NCBI GenBank assembly: GCA_963706325.1 | Contig: CAVPLT010000005.1 | Location: 160,001 to 224,000, forward strand | Length of the DNA stretch: 64,000 bases | Direction: 5' to 3' | Origin: an uncultured Nitrospiraceae bacterium | Lineage (GTDB): Bacteria > Nitrospirota > Nitrospiria > Nitrospirales > Nitrospiraceae | In this document: piece by piece, positions 39,021 through 50,527 of the stretch | Position numbering within the stretch: position 1 is the first letter of the stretch | How the letters are laid out: every line of letters starts with the position of its first letter | The notes under the pieces: generated by a model | Told to the model about the DNA's origin: nothing | The model's input: only the letters and a program-made list of their open reading frames with translations | Databases searched by the model: none | Made by a program: the position numbers and the translations under genes

Positions 39021-39131
39021 GGCCGCCAACGTCGTTCTCGGTTCGACGACATCCTTAACGTACCCTTAAGAGGATGCTTCCGGTACATATCTCGCCTGCG
39101 GCCTCGTTGGACGACCATGTTGAGCAGCCTG
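39021..39131 (+). mobile_element. MITE-like palindromic repeat, copy 5 (left end eroded)
   Basis: GGCCGCCAACGTCGTTCTCG..TTAACGTAC..CTGCGGCCTCGTTGGACGACC..TGAGCAGCCTG. Confidence 0.75.
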
Positions 39132-39139
39132 TGGGGAAA

Positions 39140-40066
39140 TTAGAGATGGTGATTGGCTGATTCAAGAAAACGCTCGGCGTCGATGGCCGCCATGCAACCG
39201 GTACCGGCGGCGGTTACGGCTTGTCGGTACTGCTTGTCTTGTACGTCGCCGGCGGCAAAGACGCCAGAGACGCTGGTCGCGGTGCCCTGCGACGTACGCA
39301 CATAACCCTCCTCGTCCAAGTCGAGTTGGCCGGTGAAGAGGTCCGTATTGGGGCGGTGGCCGATGGCGACGAAGACCCCATCACAGGGCAAGTCCGTTGA
39401 AATTCCGGTCACAATATTCTTGAGTCGTACACTGGTGACCACATCTTGTCCGACGATGGCCTCAACTATGGAATTCCACGCGAAGGAAATCTTCGCGTTC
39501 TTGATGGCGCGGTCCTGCAGGATTTTTGAGGCCCGTAATTTGTCCCGCCGGTGGACCACCGTGACCATGCGGGCGAACTTCGTCAAGAAGATGGCTTCCT
39601 CTATCGCGCTGTCGCCGCCGCCGACCACCACCAGATCCTTGCCGCGGAAAAAATACCCATCGCAGGTGGCGCAAGTCGAGACCCCATGTCCGGTGAGTCG
39701 CGCTTCATTCGGTATCCCGAGACGAATAGGCGACGCACCGGTCGCGATGATCAGCGCAGCTGTCTCCACCAATTGTTCTCCATCGATGGTCAGGCGAAAA
39801 GGCTTTGCCTTGAGATCAACTGCCGAGACCTCTGCGGTTAAGAATTCCGTGCCGAATCGTTCCGCCTGAGCCCGCATCTCTTTCATCAATTCAGAGCCCA
39901 TAATGCTCTTGGAAAAGCCGGGGAAGTTCTCGACCTCGGTGGTCGTCGTCAGCTGTCCACCGGATTGCCAGCCTTCGATGAGTAACGGCGCCAGGTTTGC
40001 CCGCGCGGCATAGACGGCGGCGGTGAGCCCGGCAGGGCCGGACCCGATGATGACGAGATGTCGCAT
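39140..40066 (-). CDS. trxB: Thioredoxin-disulfide reductase
   Basis: GSGPAG, GVSTCATCDG, GGGDSA and AAGDV..YRQA motifs. Confidence 0.97.
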   Translation of the reverse strand: MRHLVIIGSGPAGLTAAVYAARANLAPLLIEGWQSGGQLTTTTEVENFPGFSKSIMGSELMKEMRAQAERFGTEFLTAEVSAVDLKAKPFRLTIDGEQLVETAALIIATGASPIRLGIPNEARLTGHGVSTCATCDGYFFRGKDLVVVGGGDSAIEEAIFLTKFARMVTVVHRRDKLRASKILQDRAIKNAKISFAWNSIVEAIVGQDVVTSVRLKNIVTGISTDLPCDGVFVAIGHRPNTDLFTGQLDLDEEGYVRTSQGTATSVSGVFAAGDVQDKQYRQAVTAAGTGCMAAIDAERFLESANHHL

Positions 40067-40109
40067 GTATGAATGCTAACACACGCATGCCGCGAGGGAA
40101 AAGCAGCCG

Positions 40110-40712
40110 CTACGCGAGTGCGCGCAACTCGCGGTAGAGTCGTCTGACTTGGACCAGCAAGTGTGAGCGAGCGGTGGTGCCATCGAGGAGGTAGTCTGCC
40201 GCCGCGGTCTTCAATTTGATCGGCATTTGACTGCGGATGCGTCGGAGAGCGTCTGCGCGGCTGAAGCCGTTGCGTTTTTTGAGGCGAGTGATTTGGGTTT
40301 GACGATCGGCGGTCACGACGATAATCTTTTTCACGCGCGTGTCGATCCCGGCTTCGAACAACAATGGCACATCATAGATGACAACGGCTTGGGGGTCCTC
40401 CCGAGTAGCTTGTCTCGTCAGTCTGACTTGCTCCCGCGCGACGCGAGGGTGGATGATTCGCTCAAGGCGGCGTAACTTGGGCGGGTCGCCAAAAACGATC
40501 TCGGCCATCGCGCGGCGATTGAGCGTGTGATCTGAGTTCAGAACGGTCTTGCCGAAGGCCCTGACGATGGCACGCCAGGCCGGGGTGCCGGGCTCCACGA
40601 CCTTACGGGCGAGCAGATCGGCATCAATGGTATAGGCGCCGCATCGCTCGAACATCTTGGCGACTGTGCTCTTGCCTGTCGCGACTCCGCCGGTGAGTCC
40701 TACGAGAATCAT
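40110..40712 (-). CDS. coaE: Dephospho-CoA kinase
   Basis: GLTGGVATGKST, IDAD, IIHPRV and DVPLLFE motifs. Confidence 0.95.
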   Translation of the reverse strand: MILVGLTGGVATGKSTVAKMFERCGAYTIDADLLARKVVEPGTPAWRAIVRAFGKTVLNSDHTLNRRAMAEIVFGDPPKLRRLERIIHPRVAREQVRLTRQATREDPQAVVIYDVPLLFEAGIDTRVKKIIVVTADRQTQITRLKKRNGFSRADALRRIRSQMPIKLKTAAADYLLDGTTARSHLLVQVRRLYRELRALA

Positions 40713-40793
40713 AGGCGGAAGATACCATGGGGGCCTGTCCGGCAACAGTGGCCGATTGACTTCTCGGCACGCTCGGCGGTATGACCATCCTTC

Positions 40794-41816
40794 ATGATCT
40801 GGATATCACAGCTCATCATCGTATGTCTTTCGCTGGTGTCCGCGAGCCATTCACCCGCATGGGCCGATGAAGTGGTTCGGGTCGAGCCGCAGCAAATCGT
40901 GGTCGCGCTGGACGGATCCGGTCAGTACCGCTCTATCCAGGAAGCGGTGGATGCGTCGAAGAAGGGTGACACTATTTTCATCAAGCCCGGCGCCTATGCC
41001 GAGGACGTGACTATCCACAGCAAAGACAAGATTCGTTTAATCGGCGCAGGGATGGATCAGGTCACCCTCCTGGGACGTGAACGGGTCGGTGTGTTCCATG
41101 TCGGTAAGTGGCCCTACGGCGCGACAGATATTGAAATTTCGGGCTTTACGATCAATGAACATGGGGGCCATGCCGTGGGGATGTTCAACGGTCAGGGCAT
41201 CTTGCTGCATCATGTACGCGTGAAGGGTATGTTGTTTACCCAACAGGTGGACAACGTTCGTATCGAGAATTGCATCATCGGCGGAAGCGAGACCACCGGG
41301 GTACAATTTGCGAATTCTCAGGCGGTCCTACGAGACAATTTTATTCATGATAACGATCATGGCGTCAGTGTGGCGGGCAAGTCCAGCGTCCGTCTTGAAC
41401 GAAACGTCGTGACCCGAAGCTTGTTTGAGGCCGTAATCGTCAATGACCAGTCGCGCGCGGTGTTGATAGGGAACACACTGGTGAAAAACGGCGGCGGGGC
41501 AGCATTTTTGGGGACCTCGCAGAATGAAGCCTCCGGCAACATTGTGAGCCTGAACACCTATGGGTTCGTCGTGGGCCCCTCCAGTCGGGTGTCATTTTCC
41601 TACAATGCAATGCAGAACTCCGAATCCAACTATGGACGCCCCGGTCCACCTCGCCAGCCGGCTCCCGAACTGAAGCCCGATTCGGATTTGACGGTGGATC
41701 CACGGTTCGTTGACACCACGCAAGACGATTTCCGGCTCCCTGCCGATACCGCGCTGGTCAAAATCGGTGACTTTCCTTATCTCGGTGCCCTGCCTCCGCT
41801 CACAGCGTCCCACTAG
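40794..41816 (+). CDS. Exported right-handed parallel beta-helix protein
   Basis: Signal peptide; DGSGQYRSIQEAVD; Asn-ladder repeats; C-terminal DPRFVD..DFRL. Confidence 0.85.
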   Translation: MIWISQLIIVCLSLVSASHSPAWADEVVRVEPQQIVVALDGSGQYRSIQEAVDASKKGDTIFIKPGAYAEDVTIHSKDKIRLIGAGMDQVTLLGRERVGVFHVGKWPYGATDIEISGFTINEHGGHAVGMFNGQGILLHHVRVKGMLFTQQVDNVRIENCIIGGSETTGVQFANSQAVLRDNFIHDNDHGVSVAGKSSVRLERNVVTRSLFEAVIVNDQSRAVLIGNTLVKNGGGAAFLGTSQNEASGNIVSLNTYGFVVGPSSRVSFSYNAMQNSESNYGRPGPPRQPAPELKPDSDLTVDPRFVDTTQDDFRLPADTALVKIGDFPYLGALPPLTASH

Positions 41817-41980
41817 CCTTGTCTGAATCGGTGATAAAGCAATAACAAATCGGGTGATTAGCCGGCTCCTCCAGCCGCGCCGCTTCTTGTGCTATGCTTC
41901 ATTGTGCGCAATGCTTGAGGTTCCTCCGGCGTGGCTCAAGAATTGCTGTACCTTGACCGACAAGAGAGTGGAGGTACCAA

Positions 41981-42166
41981 ATGGCTAGCTTTCGATTCGA
42001 TCTAGAGATGCGAAGCACCGACGGGATACCGAACTTGGCAGAAATGGAATCGGGCAAGCTCTTGGGAGCCGTGTTGCCGATGTCAGAGCAGGCGCAACTT
42101 CAATTGCGTGACAGCATTGAGGTAATCGACTATCTCATGAACCAAGAGGCTGTCGTCTGGAGCTAG
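41981..42166 (+). CDS. Small hypothetical protein (61 aa)
   Basis: SD GGAGGT before ATG; protein-like composition. Confidence 0.6.
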   Translation: MASFRFDLEMRSTDGIPNLAEMESGKLLGAVLPMSEQAQLQLRDSIEVIDYLMNQEAVVWS

Positions 42167-42443
42167 AGGATTTGCTCCTCTGTTGAGACGTGGTGTCATT
42201 TCCCACTCCTCCGATCGTTACGGTATTTCCTTCCATTTTCAGCGCGGCTCCCACTCTTTTTCATCTTGAGTAGCTGTTTTCCTCGCTGACCATTGCTGTA
42301 TCCCAGCCCGGTTCTCTCCAGCCCTGTCATCCTTGAGGGGTTCTCGGAGCATCCTCTTGAATCTCGGTTGAATCTTTTGAGGGCCGGGCGCATGCTGGCG
42401 CCTCTTTGCCAACCTATGGCTTTGCGAGACCAGGAGAGATGGA

Positions 42444-45119
42444 ATGTCGACAGTAACGGGAGGAAAAATTGCACAGGCGCGGTCGGCTGAGCAACAGCGT
42501 CTTGATGAGGACGACCTACGCCGGAAACATTGGAAACGCTGGGGGCCCTACGTCAGTGAACGCGCGTGGGGGACAGTCCGGGAAGATTACAGCCCGTATG
42601 GAACGGCTTGGGAATCGGTGCCGCACGACCATGCCCGCTCGAAAGCCTATCGGTGGAATGAAGACGGCCTTGCCGGAATTTGCGATCGCCATCAGTACGT
42701 GTGTCTCGCGCTGGCGCTCTGGAATGGACGGGATTCTATTCTCAAAGAACGGATGTTCGGCCTGACCGGGAATGAAGGGAATCACGGAGAAGATCCTAAA
42801 GAATACTACTTCTATCTCGACTCGACGCCGACCCATTCCTACATGAAATTTCTGTACAAATATCCTCAGGCAGCATTTCCCTACGAGCGATTGGTTGAAG
42901 AAAACCGCCGCCGGGACCGGACCGATCCCGAATTCGAATTGCTCGATACCGGCATTTTTGATGACAATCGTTATTTTGATGTGTTTGTGGAGTACGCCAA
43001 GGCTGGCCCGGAGGACCTGCTACTCCGGATTCAAGTCATCAACCGCGGCCCAGACCCGGCTGAGTTGACCCTGTTGCCCACCATCTGGTTTAGAAATACC
43101 TGGTCGTGGGGGCTTGATGAGCGTCGGCCACGTATGCGGATGGGCGAGGCAACGGCAGGCATGAGCGTGGTGGAGTTCGATCACGAATATTATGGGCCGC
43201 GTCGGCTTCTCTGCGCGGAAGCGCCGGATCTGCTGTTTACAGAGAATGAAACCAATACACGCCGTCTATACGGCAATGCGGAGGGGGCGCGATATGTAAA
43301 GGATGGTATCAATGACTACGTCGTGCAGGGCGACAAGTCGGCCGTGAATCCCAACCGCATCGGATCTAAGGCTGCGGCGCACTATGTCCTCTCGGCGATG
43401 CCCGGGCAGCCCATGACCATTCGACTACGCTTCACCAACGGAACGGCTGAGGGCGGCCTTGATCCGACAATATTTGATGCCATATTCGCACAGCGGATCA
43501 CGGAGGCCGATGAGTTCTATGCCGATCTGGCGCCGGCTGATGTGTCTGAGGATGCGCGCATGGTGCAGAGACAGGCCTTCGCCGGGTTGCTGTGGAACAA
43601 GCAGTTCTACCATTATGAGGTCGACCGTTGGCTCAAGGGCGATCCCTCGGGGCCGGAGCCACCGCAAGAACGGCTCCAGGGTAGAAACAGCGACTGGACG
43701 CATCTCTATAATGCAGATGTCATTTCCATGCCGGATAAGTGGGAATACCCCTGGTATGCGGCTTGGGATCTCGCCTTTCATTGCCTCCCTATCGCGCTCG
43801 TGGACTCACGGTTCGCCAAAGACCAGCTCGTCCTCATGTTACGTGAATGGTACATGCACCCGAATGGGCAGGTCCCTGCCTATGAATGGGCGTTGGGAGA
43901 TGTCAATCCACCGGTGCACGCGTGGGCCGCGTGGCGTGTCTACAAGATCGAGAAGAAACGCAAAGGTGTCGGGGATCGCGTGTTTCTGGAGCGCGTGTTT
44001 CATAAGCTCCTGTTGAACTTTACCTGGTGGGTGAATCGTAAGGACGCCGCAGGAAAGAATATTTTTCAGGGCGGGTTTCTCGGATTGGACAATATCGGCG
44101 TCTTTGATCGGAGCAAGCCCCTTCCGACAGGCGGACACATCGAGCAATCCGACGCAACCAGTTGGATGGGAATGTATTGCCTGAACATGTTGTCGATTGC
44201 GCTCGAACTGGCGCGGGAAGACCATGCGTATGAGGATGTCGCGAGTAAATTTTTTGAGCATTTTGTTTACATCTGTCGGGCGATGAACAACATCGGCAAC
44301 GAGAAGATTGAACTGTGGAACAAGGAAGACGGGTTCTACTATGACGTGCTCCATATGCCTGATGGAAAGATGTTTCCCATGAGGCTTCGGTCGATGGTGG
44401 GGCTGATTCCGCTGTTTGCTGTGGAAACGTTGGATTCCGAGTTGATCGATCAGCTGCCGCGCTTCAAGCATCGCATGCAATGGTTCATCGAAAATCGACC
44501 CGACTTCAGCTTCCACATCGAAACGCAATCGCAGGACGGAGAGGTGCGTCGGTTTCTGTCGCTCGTCGATCGCCGCCGGCTCACGAAGGTGCTGCGCTAC
44601 ATGTTGGATGAAGCCGAATTTCTCTCGCCCTACGGCGTGCGGGCCCTGTCTCGCTATCACAAAGACCACCCCTACGTGTTCTCATCGATGGGAATAGACT
44701 ATCGCCTGGAGTACCAAGCGGCGGAATCCACGACCGGTCTCTTCGGGGGCAATTCGAACTGGCGGGGCCCCGTGTGGTTCCCGGTGAACTATCTGCTGAT
44801 CGAATCCCTGCAGAAGTTTCACTATTTTCTAGGTGACACGTTTACCGTCGAGTACCCAACGGGATCCGGAAAGAAACTCAACCTGGCCGAAGTGGCGGCC
44901 GAGTTGTCGCGCCGCCTCACGCATACGTTTCTGCGCGGCCCGGATGGCCGGCGTCCGGTTTATGGGGGGACCGAAAAGTTTCAACAGGATCCGCACTGGC
45001 GAGATCTCGTGATGTTCTACGAATATTTCCATGGCGACAACGGGGCTGGTATCGGCGCGGGCCACCAGACCGGCTGGACCGGACTGGTGGCCAAGTTGAT
45101 CCAACAGTCAGGAGAGTAG
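42444..45119 (+). CDS. MGH1/GH63-like glycoside hydrolase
   Basis: [39 protein letters not shown] and [10 protein letters not shown] motifs. Confidence 0.9.
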   Translation: MSTVTGGKIAQARSAEQQRLDEDDLRRKHWKRWGPYVSERAWGTVREDYSPYGTAWESVPHDHARSKAYRWNEDGLAGICDRHQYVCLALALWNGRDSILKERMFGLTGNEGNHGEDPKEYYFYLDSTPTHSYMKFLYKYPQAAFPYERLVEENRRRDRTDPEFELLDTGIFDDNRYFDVFVEYAKAGPEDLLLRIQVINRGPDPAELTLLPTIWFRNTWSWGLDERRPRMRMGEATAGMSVVEFDHEYYGPRRLLCAEAPDLLFTENETNTRRLYGNAEGARYVKDGINDYVVQGDKSAVNPNRIGSKAAAHYVLSAMPGQPMTIRLRFTNGTAEGGLDPTIFDAIFAQRITEADEFYADLAPADVSEDARMVQRQAFAGLLWNKQFYHYEVDRWLKGDPSGPEPPQERLQGRNSDWTHLYNADVISMPDKWEYPWYAAWDLAFHCLPIALVDSRFAKDQLVLMLREWYMHPNGQVPAYEWALGDVNPPVHAWAAWRVYKIEKKRKGVGDRVFLERVFHKLLLNFTWWVNRKDAAGKNIFQGGFLGLDNIGVFDRSKPLPTGGHIEQSDATSWMGMYCLNMLSIALELAREDHAYEDVASKFFEHFVYICRAMNNIGNEKIELWNKEDGFYYDVLHMPDGKMFPMRLRSMVGLIPLFAVETLDSELIDQLPRFKHRMQWFIENRPDFSFHIETQSQDGEVRRFLSLVDRRRLTKVLRYMLDEAEFLSPYGVRALSRYHKDHPYVFSSMGIDYRLEYQAAESTTGLFGGNSNWRGPVWFPVNYLLIESLQKFHYFLGDTFTVEYPTGSGKKLNLAEVAAELSRRLTHTFLRGPDGRRPVYGGTEKFQQDPHWRDLVMFYEYFHGDNGAGIGAGHQTGWTGLVAKLIQQSGE

Positions 45120-45125
45120 TCATTG

Positions 45126-47109
45126 ATGATCGATGCGCTTCGTTGCCAAGACCTTGAACGTGCACTCAGTCTTGAAGGGCTGGAGACGAATGGCCGGGGA
45201 GGATACTGCCTCGGGGACTGTCGCCGGAGCGAATACGCGTCGCTACCATGCCTTGCTGTTAGTGGCCAGACGCCCACCGGTCGATCGCGTGGTGCTGGTG
45301 AATCACCTGGAGGAATGGGTAGATGCCGGCAAGCACTCCTTCCCGCTCTCGACAAATCTGTATCGCGGCGCCGCGCATCCGGAAGGTTATCGGCATTGCG
45401 AAGGGTTTTCTGCGGACCCTTGGCCGACCTGGCGCTATGCGGCCCATGGCATCGCGCTTGAGCGGGAAGTGTTCTGTCCGCATGGTCGCGATATGGTCAT
45501 CATACGGTGGAGGCTGGTGGACCACGGATCTTCCGGCATTGCCCTCCGAGTGAAACCCATGCTTTCGGGCCGGGACTACCATGGAACTCATCGCGAGAAT
45601 ACTACGCTCCATAACCAGGCCTCAGTCGAGAGCGGTCAGGTGACCTGGCGCCCCTACGAGGGCTTGCCGCCGGTGCATGCCTTTCATAACGGGCAGTATC
45701 AACATGGCCCGGATTGGTATCGCGATATTCAGTATCGGATTGAGCTTGAGCGTGGACTTGATCCCATGGAGGATTGGTGGTCACCGGGCGAATGGCTGTT
45801 TTATCTCGTTCCTGGCACGGTGGCCGAGCTTGCATTAACCACCGAGGAGCTTCCGTTTGCTGATGTTAGGCAAATCGTGGCTCAAGAGCGCCACCGTCGC
45901 GAAGTGATGCAAGAAGCCATTCCGACGGACGACCCCTTGACCCGCAAACTCTGGGCAGCGACGGCCGCCTATCTTGTGAAACGAGGCGATCGGCAAACCA
46001 TCATTGCCGGGTATCCTTGGTTTACCGATTGGGGGCGAGACACGTTTATTGCCCTGCCGGGACTCTGCTTAGTGACAGGCCGCTACGACCTGGCTCGGCA
46101 GGTGATTGAGGCGTTCGCCTCGCAAGTGTCCCAGGGCATGGTGTCGAATCGATTTCCGGATGTGGGCGAGCAGCCCGAGTACAACACGGTCGATGCATCA
46201 CTATGGTTCATCCATGCCGTGGGTAGGTATTGTCACTACAGTCGGGACCTCGCCGGGGTACGCCACATAGCCTGGCCGGCGATCAAACAGATTCTGGACG
46301 GCTATCGTCGTGGAACCAGATTCGGAATTCGGATGGATGACGATGGGATGATTGTGAGCGGGGCGGATGGCGCACAGCTCACCTGGATGGATGCCAGGAT
46401 TGGTGACTGGGTGGTCACTCCGCGTCAAGGCAAGCCGGTAGAAATCCAGGCCCTGTGGGTACGGTCGCTGGCGGTGGCGATGGAATTGGCCAAGCAGTTC
46501 GGCGAGCCGGGCTATGCGGCGCAGTGTCTTCGGGATCGTGGGCGTGCCATTGAGTCGTTTCGCGCCCGGTTCTGGTACCGGACCGGGGGATATCTGTTTG
46601 ATGTCGTAGATGGGCAGAACGGAGATGATGCGTCGCTCCGGCCAAACCAAATCTATGCACTCGCCTTCGATGATCAGCTCGTCAGTGCCGCTCAGGCGCG
46701 ACAAGTGTTGCAACAGATGAAAGAGCGACTGCTCACACCAGTCGGATTGCGCACGCTGGCGCCTGAGGATATCCGATTCTGCGCCTCCTATGATGGGAGT
46801 GTCTCAGCGCGAGACGGTGCCTATCATCAAGGGACGGTATGGCCCTTTCTTCTCGGTCCGTTCGTGACGGCGTGGGTGAGAACATATGGCGACAGTTCAC
46901 CGGTACGTGGCGAGGCGCACGCGTTCCTGAAGGGATTGCTCCCTCACCTTGACGAGGCCTGTGTGGGACAGGTCTCGGAGATTTTCGACGGCCAGAGTCC
47001 CCACTATCCGCGTGGCTGTTTTGCCCAGGCCTGGTCGGTGGCGGAACCGTTACGAGCATTAATCGAAGACATTGGCGTGGTTCGCGTGCGTCTGTCCGAT
47101 TCGGAATGA
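45126..47109 (+). pseudogene. Glycogen-debranching (amylo-alpha-1,6-glucosidase) gene with a 1-bp frameshift near the 5' end, or a sequencing error
   Basis: E(G)LETNGRGGY lies in one frame and ASGTVAGANTRRYH continues in another, with an extra base near 45207. The downstream AGYPWFTDWGRDT, YHQGTVWP and AQAWSVAE motifs are intact. Confidence 0.8.
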
Positions 47110-47268
47110 GTCATTCTGTTGAAACGTCTCATCCTCGGACAAGCATGTTCCCGTGATTGTTCATGAACTTCGGCCTGCTAGGGTCTTTCTTTCTTCTCGT
47201 GCCACAAAATCTTGACAGTAAGAGAAATGATCCGGTAAGGATAAGAAAGATCGCACAACATATGGCCT

Positions 47269-47757
47269 ATGAAATCTGTTTCCCTCATATTTCTTAGTCT
47301 TCTTGTGACCGGTTGCCAGTTGTTGCAGCCGTCTGCGCAACCGGCCGTGTCCCGACCTTTCTCCGTCATGTCGATGTGGGAACTGTATCGCCACTGTCAG
47401 TCCAGCGGCGATGTCGATACGGTGTTGTCGGCGGCCAAGCAGTTGCAGCAATCTGCTGGCGAGCATGTCGTCCCTGCTCCGGATGTTCCGAAAAGTTTTG
47501 ATCGATTCGTGACGAAACAGCCGGTGCGGACGACCGTTGATCCCAAGGCACTGGCTGCCTCCTGCACTCTACAGGCGGCTCGCACAAGTCTGAGCGCCGG
47601 GCGTGAGGAAGAGGCCGAACAACTTCTGCACGCCGTCGTGTCAAGTTACCCGGAGAGTGAGTACACCTTCTATAGCGCACAAGCGAAGGTGTGGATCGAG
47701 GAGCTGCATAGCCCTGGCACAGTTCATCCTGTGCTACATCCGATTACGAACCACTAA
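47269..47757 (+). CDS. Hypothetical lipoprotein
   Basis: MKSVSLIFLSLLVTGC lipobox; helical TPR-like C-terminus. Confidence 0.75.
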   Translation: MKSVSLIFLSLLVTGCQLLQPSAQPAVSRPFSVMSMWELYRHCQSSGDVDTVLSAAKQLQQSAGEHVVPAPDVPKSFDRFVTKQPVRTTVDPKALAASCTLQAARTSLSAGREEEAEQLLHAVVSSYPESEYTFYSAQAKVWIEELHSPGTVHPVLHPITNH

Positions 47758-47995
47758 CCCGCTCCTCAGCTGATCGCATTTCCTGCGTTGCGTACCTCTG
47801 TTGCGCCGATTTTTCCATCAGACTCTGCTACGGTCTGGCCGTCGCGAGCAGGCCGATGCGGCGGTGCCGTGCTCGATGCTACGCACTCCGTGTGTTTTAG
47901 CCTGCCTCCCACATCATTATCCGGTTCGGCCCAGTTCACGCTCTATTCGCATCGCATTGCCGCCGTTGACCGAATCCCTTTCGCGTACGCCAGTC

Positions 47996-48024
47996 TTGAC
48001 AGATCGATTGGGTGACCGTAGGCT
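47996..48024 (+). promoter_or_regulatory. Sigma70-like promoter of the GlcG-like gene
   Basis: TTGACA-17 bp-TAGGCT. Confidence 0.55.
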
Positions 48025-48104
48025 CGCGCGTCGACCATGGGGTTGTACGCGTTAAGCGCGTCAAGGTAGAACCTAGTCAGAATAGGATAAGGGAGGGTAG
48101 GGCA

Positions 48105-48644
48105 ATGGGATCGTCTGGTCGAGAGCTTGGATGCATCGGTGTCATCACTGGGGTTTTGTTGATGGTTGGTGGGTGGCCGGCTATGACGCAGGGGGCTGAG
48201 GATTTGCCGAAAGAATCCGTGCTGACGACAACCTTGGCAGGGAAAGCGGTGCAAGCGGCACTTGATCACTGCAAGAAGGATGGCTATCGAGTCAGCGCGT
48301 CGGTCGTGGATCGCGCGGGTCTGTTGCGCGCTATGTTGCGGGCAGATGGCTCCGGGCCGCACACCATCGATAGCAGTCGAAAGAAAGCCTATACCGCTGC
48401 CAGCTTGCGGCGCGCGACGACGGACTTGGCTGAAATGATCGCCAAGCAGCCTGCGTTACAGGCCTTACGTGAAATGAATGACAGTATACTCATGGTCGGT
48501 GGGGGATTGCCGATCGAAATTGCGGGTGAGGTGGTCGGCGCGATCGGAGTCGGTGGCGCACCGGGGACTCATCTCGACGATGCCTGTGCCGAGGCCGGGC
48601 TTGATGCCATCGGCGCGGCCTCGAAGGTGCCCTCCGCCAAGTGA
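48105..48644 (+). CDS. GlcG/HbpS-family heme-binding protein
   Basis: SVVDRAG..KKAYTA..GGLPI..GAIGVGGA..DDACA; signal peptide. Confidence 0.88.
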   Translation: MGSSGRELGCIGVITGVLLMVGGWPAMTQGAEDLPKESVLTTTLAGKAVQAALDHCKKDGYRVSASVVDRAGLLRAMLRADGSGPHTIDSSRKKAYTAASLRRATTDLAEMIAKQPALQALREMNDSILMVGGGLPIEIAGEVVGAIGVGGAPGTHLDDACAEAGLDAIGAASKVPSAK

Positions 48645-49096
48645 TGCCGCTGCGAGGGCCAGGCTGGTGTCTGATCAGTCTGGTCCTCCTGGCCGCGTGC
48701 AACAGCGAACAGCCGGAGCCGGCTGACGTCGAGGTGCCCACTGCCGGGATCCGTGTGAGCCTCACTCGTATCGCCACCCATCCTTTTCTTGCCCGCTATC
48801 GATTAATCCTTGGGGTTGAAGGCCGGGACGGGTGTTCAGGGAAGGCCGAATTATTCCCCGATACGGGCTATGTCGGACGTCGGAACCTCTATCAACAGGC
48901 ATCCGGTGGCATCATCGTGTTGGGTCAGTACGACGCACGGGTGATTGAGCCGAACAGTTGCACCATTCGGTTAGTGGAATTCCAATCGTTAGTAGAGCAG
49001 GCCTCGTTTGTGGGCGCCTTTGACGTCGATGCGCAAAAGCGGTGGCGTTATCTCCCATCCGCGGTGAGGGCGGAACGGCCGTTTGAAAAGCGATAG
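48644..49096 (+). CDS. Hypothetical lipoprotein
   Basis: LAAC lipobox; TGATG coupling with the upstream gene. Confidence 0.75.
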   Translation: MPLRGPGWCLISLVLLAACNSEQPEPADVEVPTAGIRVSLTRIATHPFLARYRLILGVEGRDGCSGKAELFPDTGYVGRRNLYQQASGGIIVLGQYDARVIEPNSCTIRLVEFQSLVEQASFVGAFDVDAQKRWRYLPSAVRAERPFEKR

Positions 49097-49186
49097 TATG
49101 GCTGAGAGGTATCATGGTTTCTGGATGGAAGAGAAAGAGGAGGGATCGCGTCGAAAGACGAATCATCAGTCTGGTTGCTCAAACGT

Positions 49187-50086
49187 CTATCTCTTCAATC
49201 GATCTTTAAAAGTCAGTTCTGCTACTGCAGATTTGTCCATCTCGCCCTTGCCGAGATCGACCAGCCGTCGGTATTGTTCGTAAGCGGCTGTTGCCAGGGG
49301 CAGATCCAGGCCGACCTGCTGCGCCATTGCCAGAGCGATCCCCGAGTCTTTCGCCGCATGGGCCGCTGAGAAGTAACAGTCATGAGCGCGCAGTTCCATA
49401 TCTTCGCCGTCGGTCTCCAGCACTCGGGAATTGGCGCCGGTCTGGGAGAAGACTTCGCGCAGCATGGTAAGGTCCAAATCCAGCGCCGATCCCAATCCGA
49501 GCCCTTCCGCCAAGGCAGCCGTATTGGCGTTCATCACCATGTTAACCAGAGCCTTGACCTTGGCCGCTTCGCCGGCTGGTCCAATATATCGTAGGTGGGC
49601 ACTCAGGCTTTGGAGCAGTGGTCTCGCCCGCTCGAACACCTCGGGTCTGCCGCCACACATCATATACAACGTTCCCTGGCGGGCTTGGGTGATACTGCTG
49701 GCCATGCAGGCCTCGAGGCACTGTCCGCCTTCGAGCTCCACCGCGGTTTGGATCTCTTTCTGAATATCTGGAGAGAGAGTGGCGCAATTCACAAATAGGC
49801 GGTTTGCGGCTTGGCGTAACAGACTGTCCGGTCCGCCAGTCGAGTAAATTTGGCGCATGGCCCCATCATCCGTCACCACCGTAATCACGGTATCGGCGAG
49901 CCCTGCAAGGCGGGCTGGTGTGCGGGCTGCTTGGCAATGGAGTTCCTTCGCCAAGGCCTCGGCGCGCTGAGGGTCGGCATCATAGACAGCCACGATGGGA
50001 TACTGGAGCTCATGGAGCCTCCTAGCCATATTAGCCCCCATACGCCCCACTCCCACGACTCCGATACGAAAGCCCGATTTTGTCAT
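49187..50086 (-). CDS. NAD(P)-dependent oxidoreductase (3-hydroxyisobutyrate dehydrogenase family)
   Basis: GVGRMGANMA, KALVN and AAKD motifs; SD AGGAGG. Confidence 0.88.
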   Translation of the reverse strand: MTKSGFRIGVVGVGRMGANMARRLHELQYPIVAVYDADPQRAEALAKELHCQAARTPARLAGLADTVITVVTDDGAMRQIYSTGGPDSLLRQAANRLFVNCATLSPDIQKEIQTAVELEGGQCLEACMASSITQARQGTLYMMCGGRPEVFERARPLLQSLSAHLRYIGPAGEAAKVKALVNMVMNANTAALAEGLGLGSALDLDLTMLREVFSQTGANSRVLETDGEDMELRAHDCYFSAAHAAKDSGIALAMAQQVGLDLPLATAAYEQYRRLVDLGKGEMDKSAVAELTFKDRLKR

Positions 50087-50229
50087 CCGTAACCTCCTGG
50101 GAAATGGTACCCTGTGAGGGGAAAAGCAGTGTAGCACAGTCTTTCGCGAAGGAAGGCATGTGGCGGTCGGAGTAGAGAATGCTGGCTCATAGCAGGCCGG
50201 CTGCCAGATCGACAGGGTGAGAGGGCGTC

Positions 50230-50421
50230 ATGCAGCAAAGCATCATTGGGTATCATCAGGATGAAGAGGGGCACTGGGTGGCCGATTTACGTTGTGGCCA
50301 TGGGCAGCACGTACGACATCAGCCGCCAATGGTCAGTCGGCCCTGGGTATTGACGGAAGAGGGACGACAGGCCTTTCTGGGCACGCAGCTGAATTGTAAG
50401 AAGTGTGAGGAAGAGAGTTAG
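50230..50421 (+). CDS. DUF3565-like small protein
   Basis: IIGYHQDEEGHWVADLRCGHGQHVRHQPP..RPWV..CKKC. Confidence 0.85.
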   Translation: MQQSIIGYHQDEEGHWVADLRCGHGQHVRHQPPMVSRPWVLTEEGRQAFLGTQLNCKKCEEES

Positions 50422-50434
50422 GCGAAAAGAGCAG

Positions 50435-50466
50435 GGTGCCAAGGCTTCGTCCGGAGCCTTGGCGCC
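50435..50466. terminator. Hairpin between convergent genes (probable terminator)
   Basis: GGTGCCAAGGCTTC/GGAGCCTTGGCGCC stem; a short T-run follows on the minus strand. Confidence 0.6.
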
Positions 50467-50527
50467 GCCGATGAGGATGATGCAATGGGTCGATTCGGAC
50501 GGACCGCCTGCGGAGCCCAGAAAGTCG

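Noticed and set aside
42300..42360. Possible sixth, highly eroded repeat copy (CCAGC..GTTCTC..GAGCATCCT)
   Set aside because: Only short scattered matches; the CGTAC hairpin and left end are missing.
42396..42409. Sigma54-like TGGCGCCTCTTTGC upstream of the GH63-like gene
   Set aside because: GG-to-GC spacing is 9 nt rather than the required 10.
47860..47910. Minus-strand GVRSIEHG resembling an amidohydrolase motif
   Set aside because: Flanked by nearby stops with no other similarity; likely chance.
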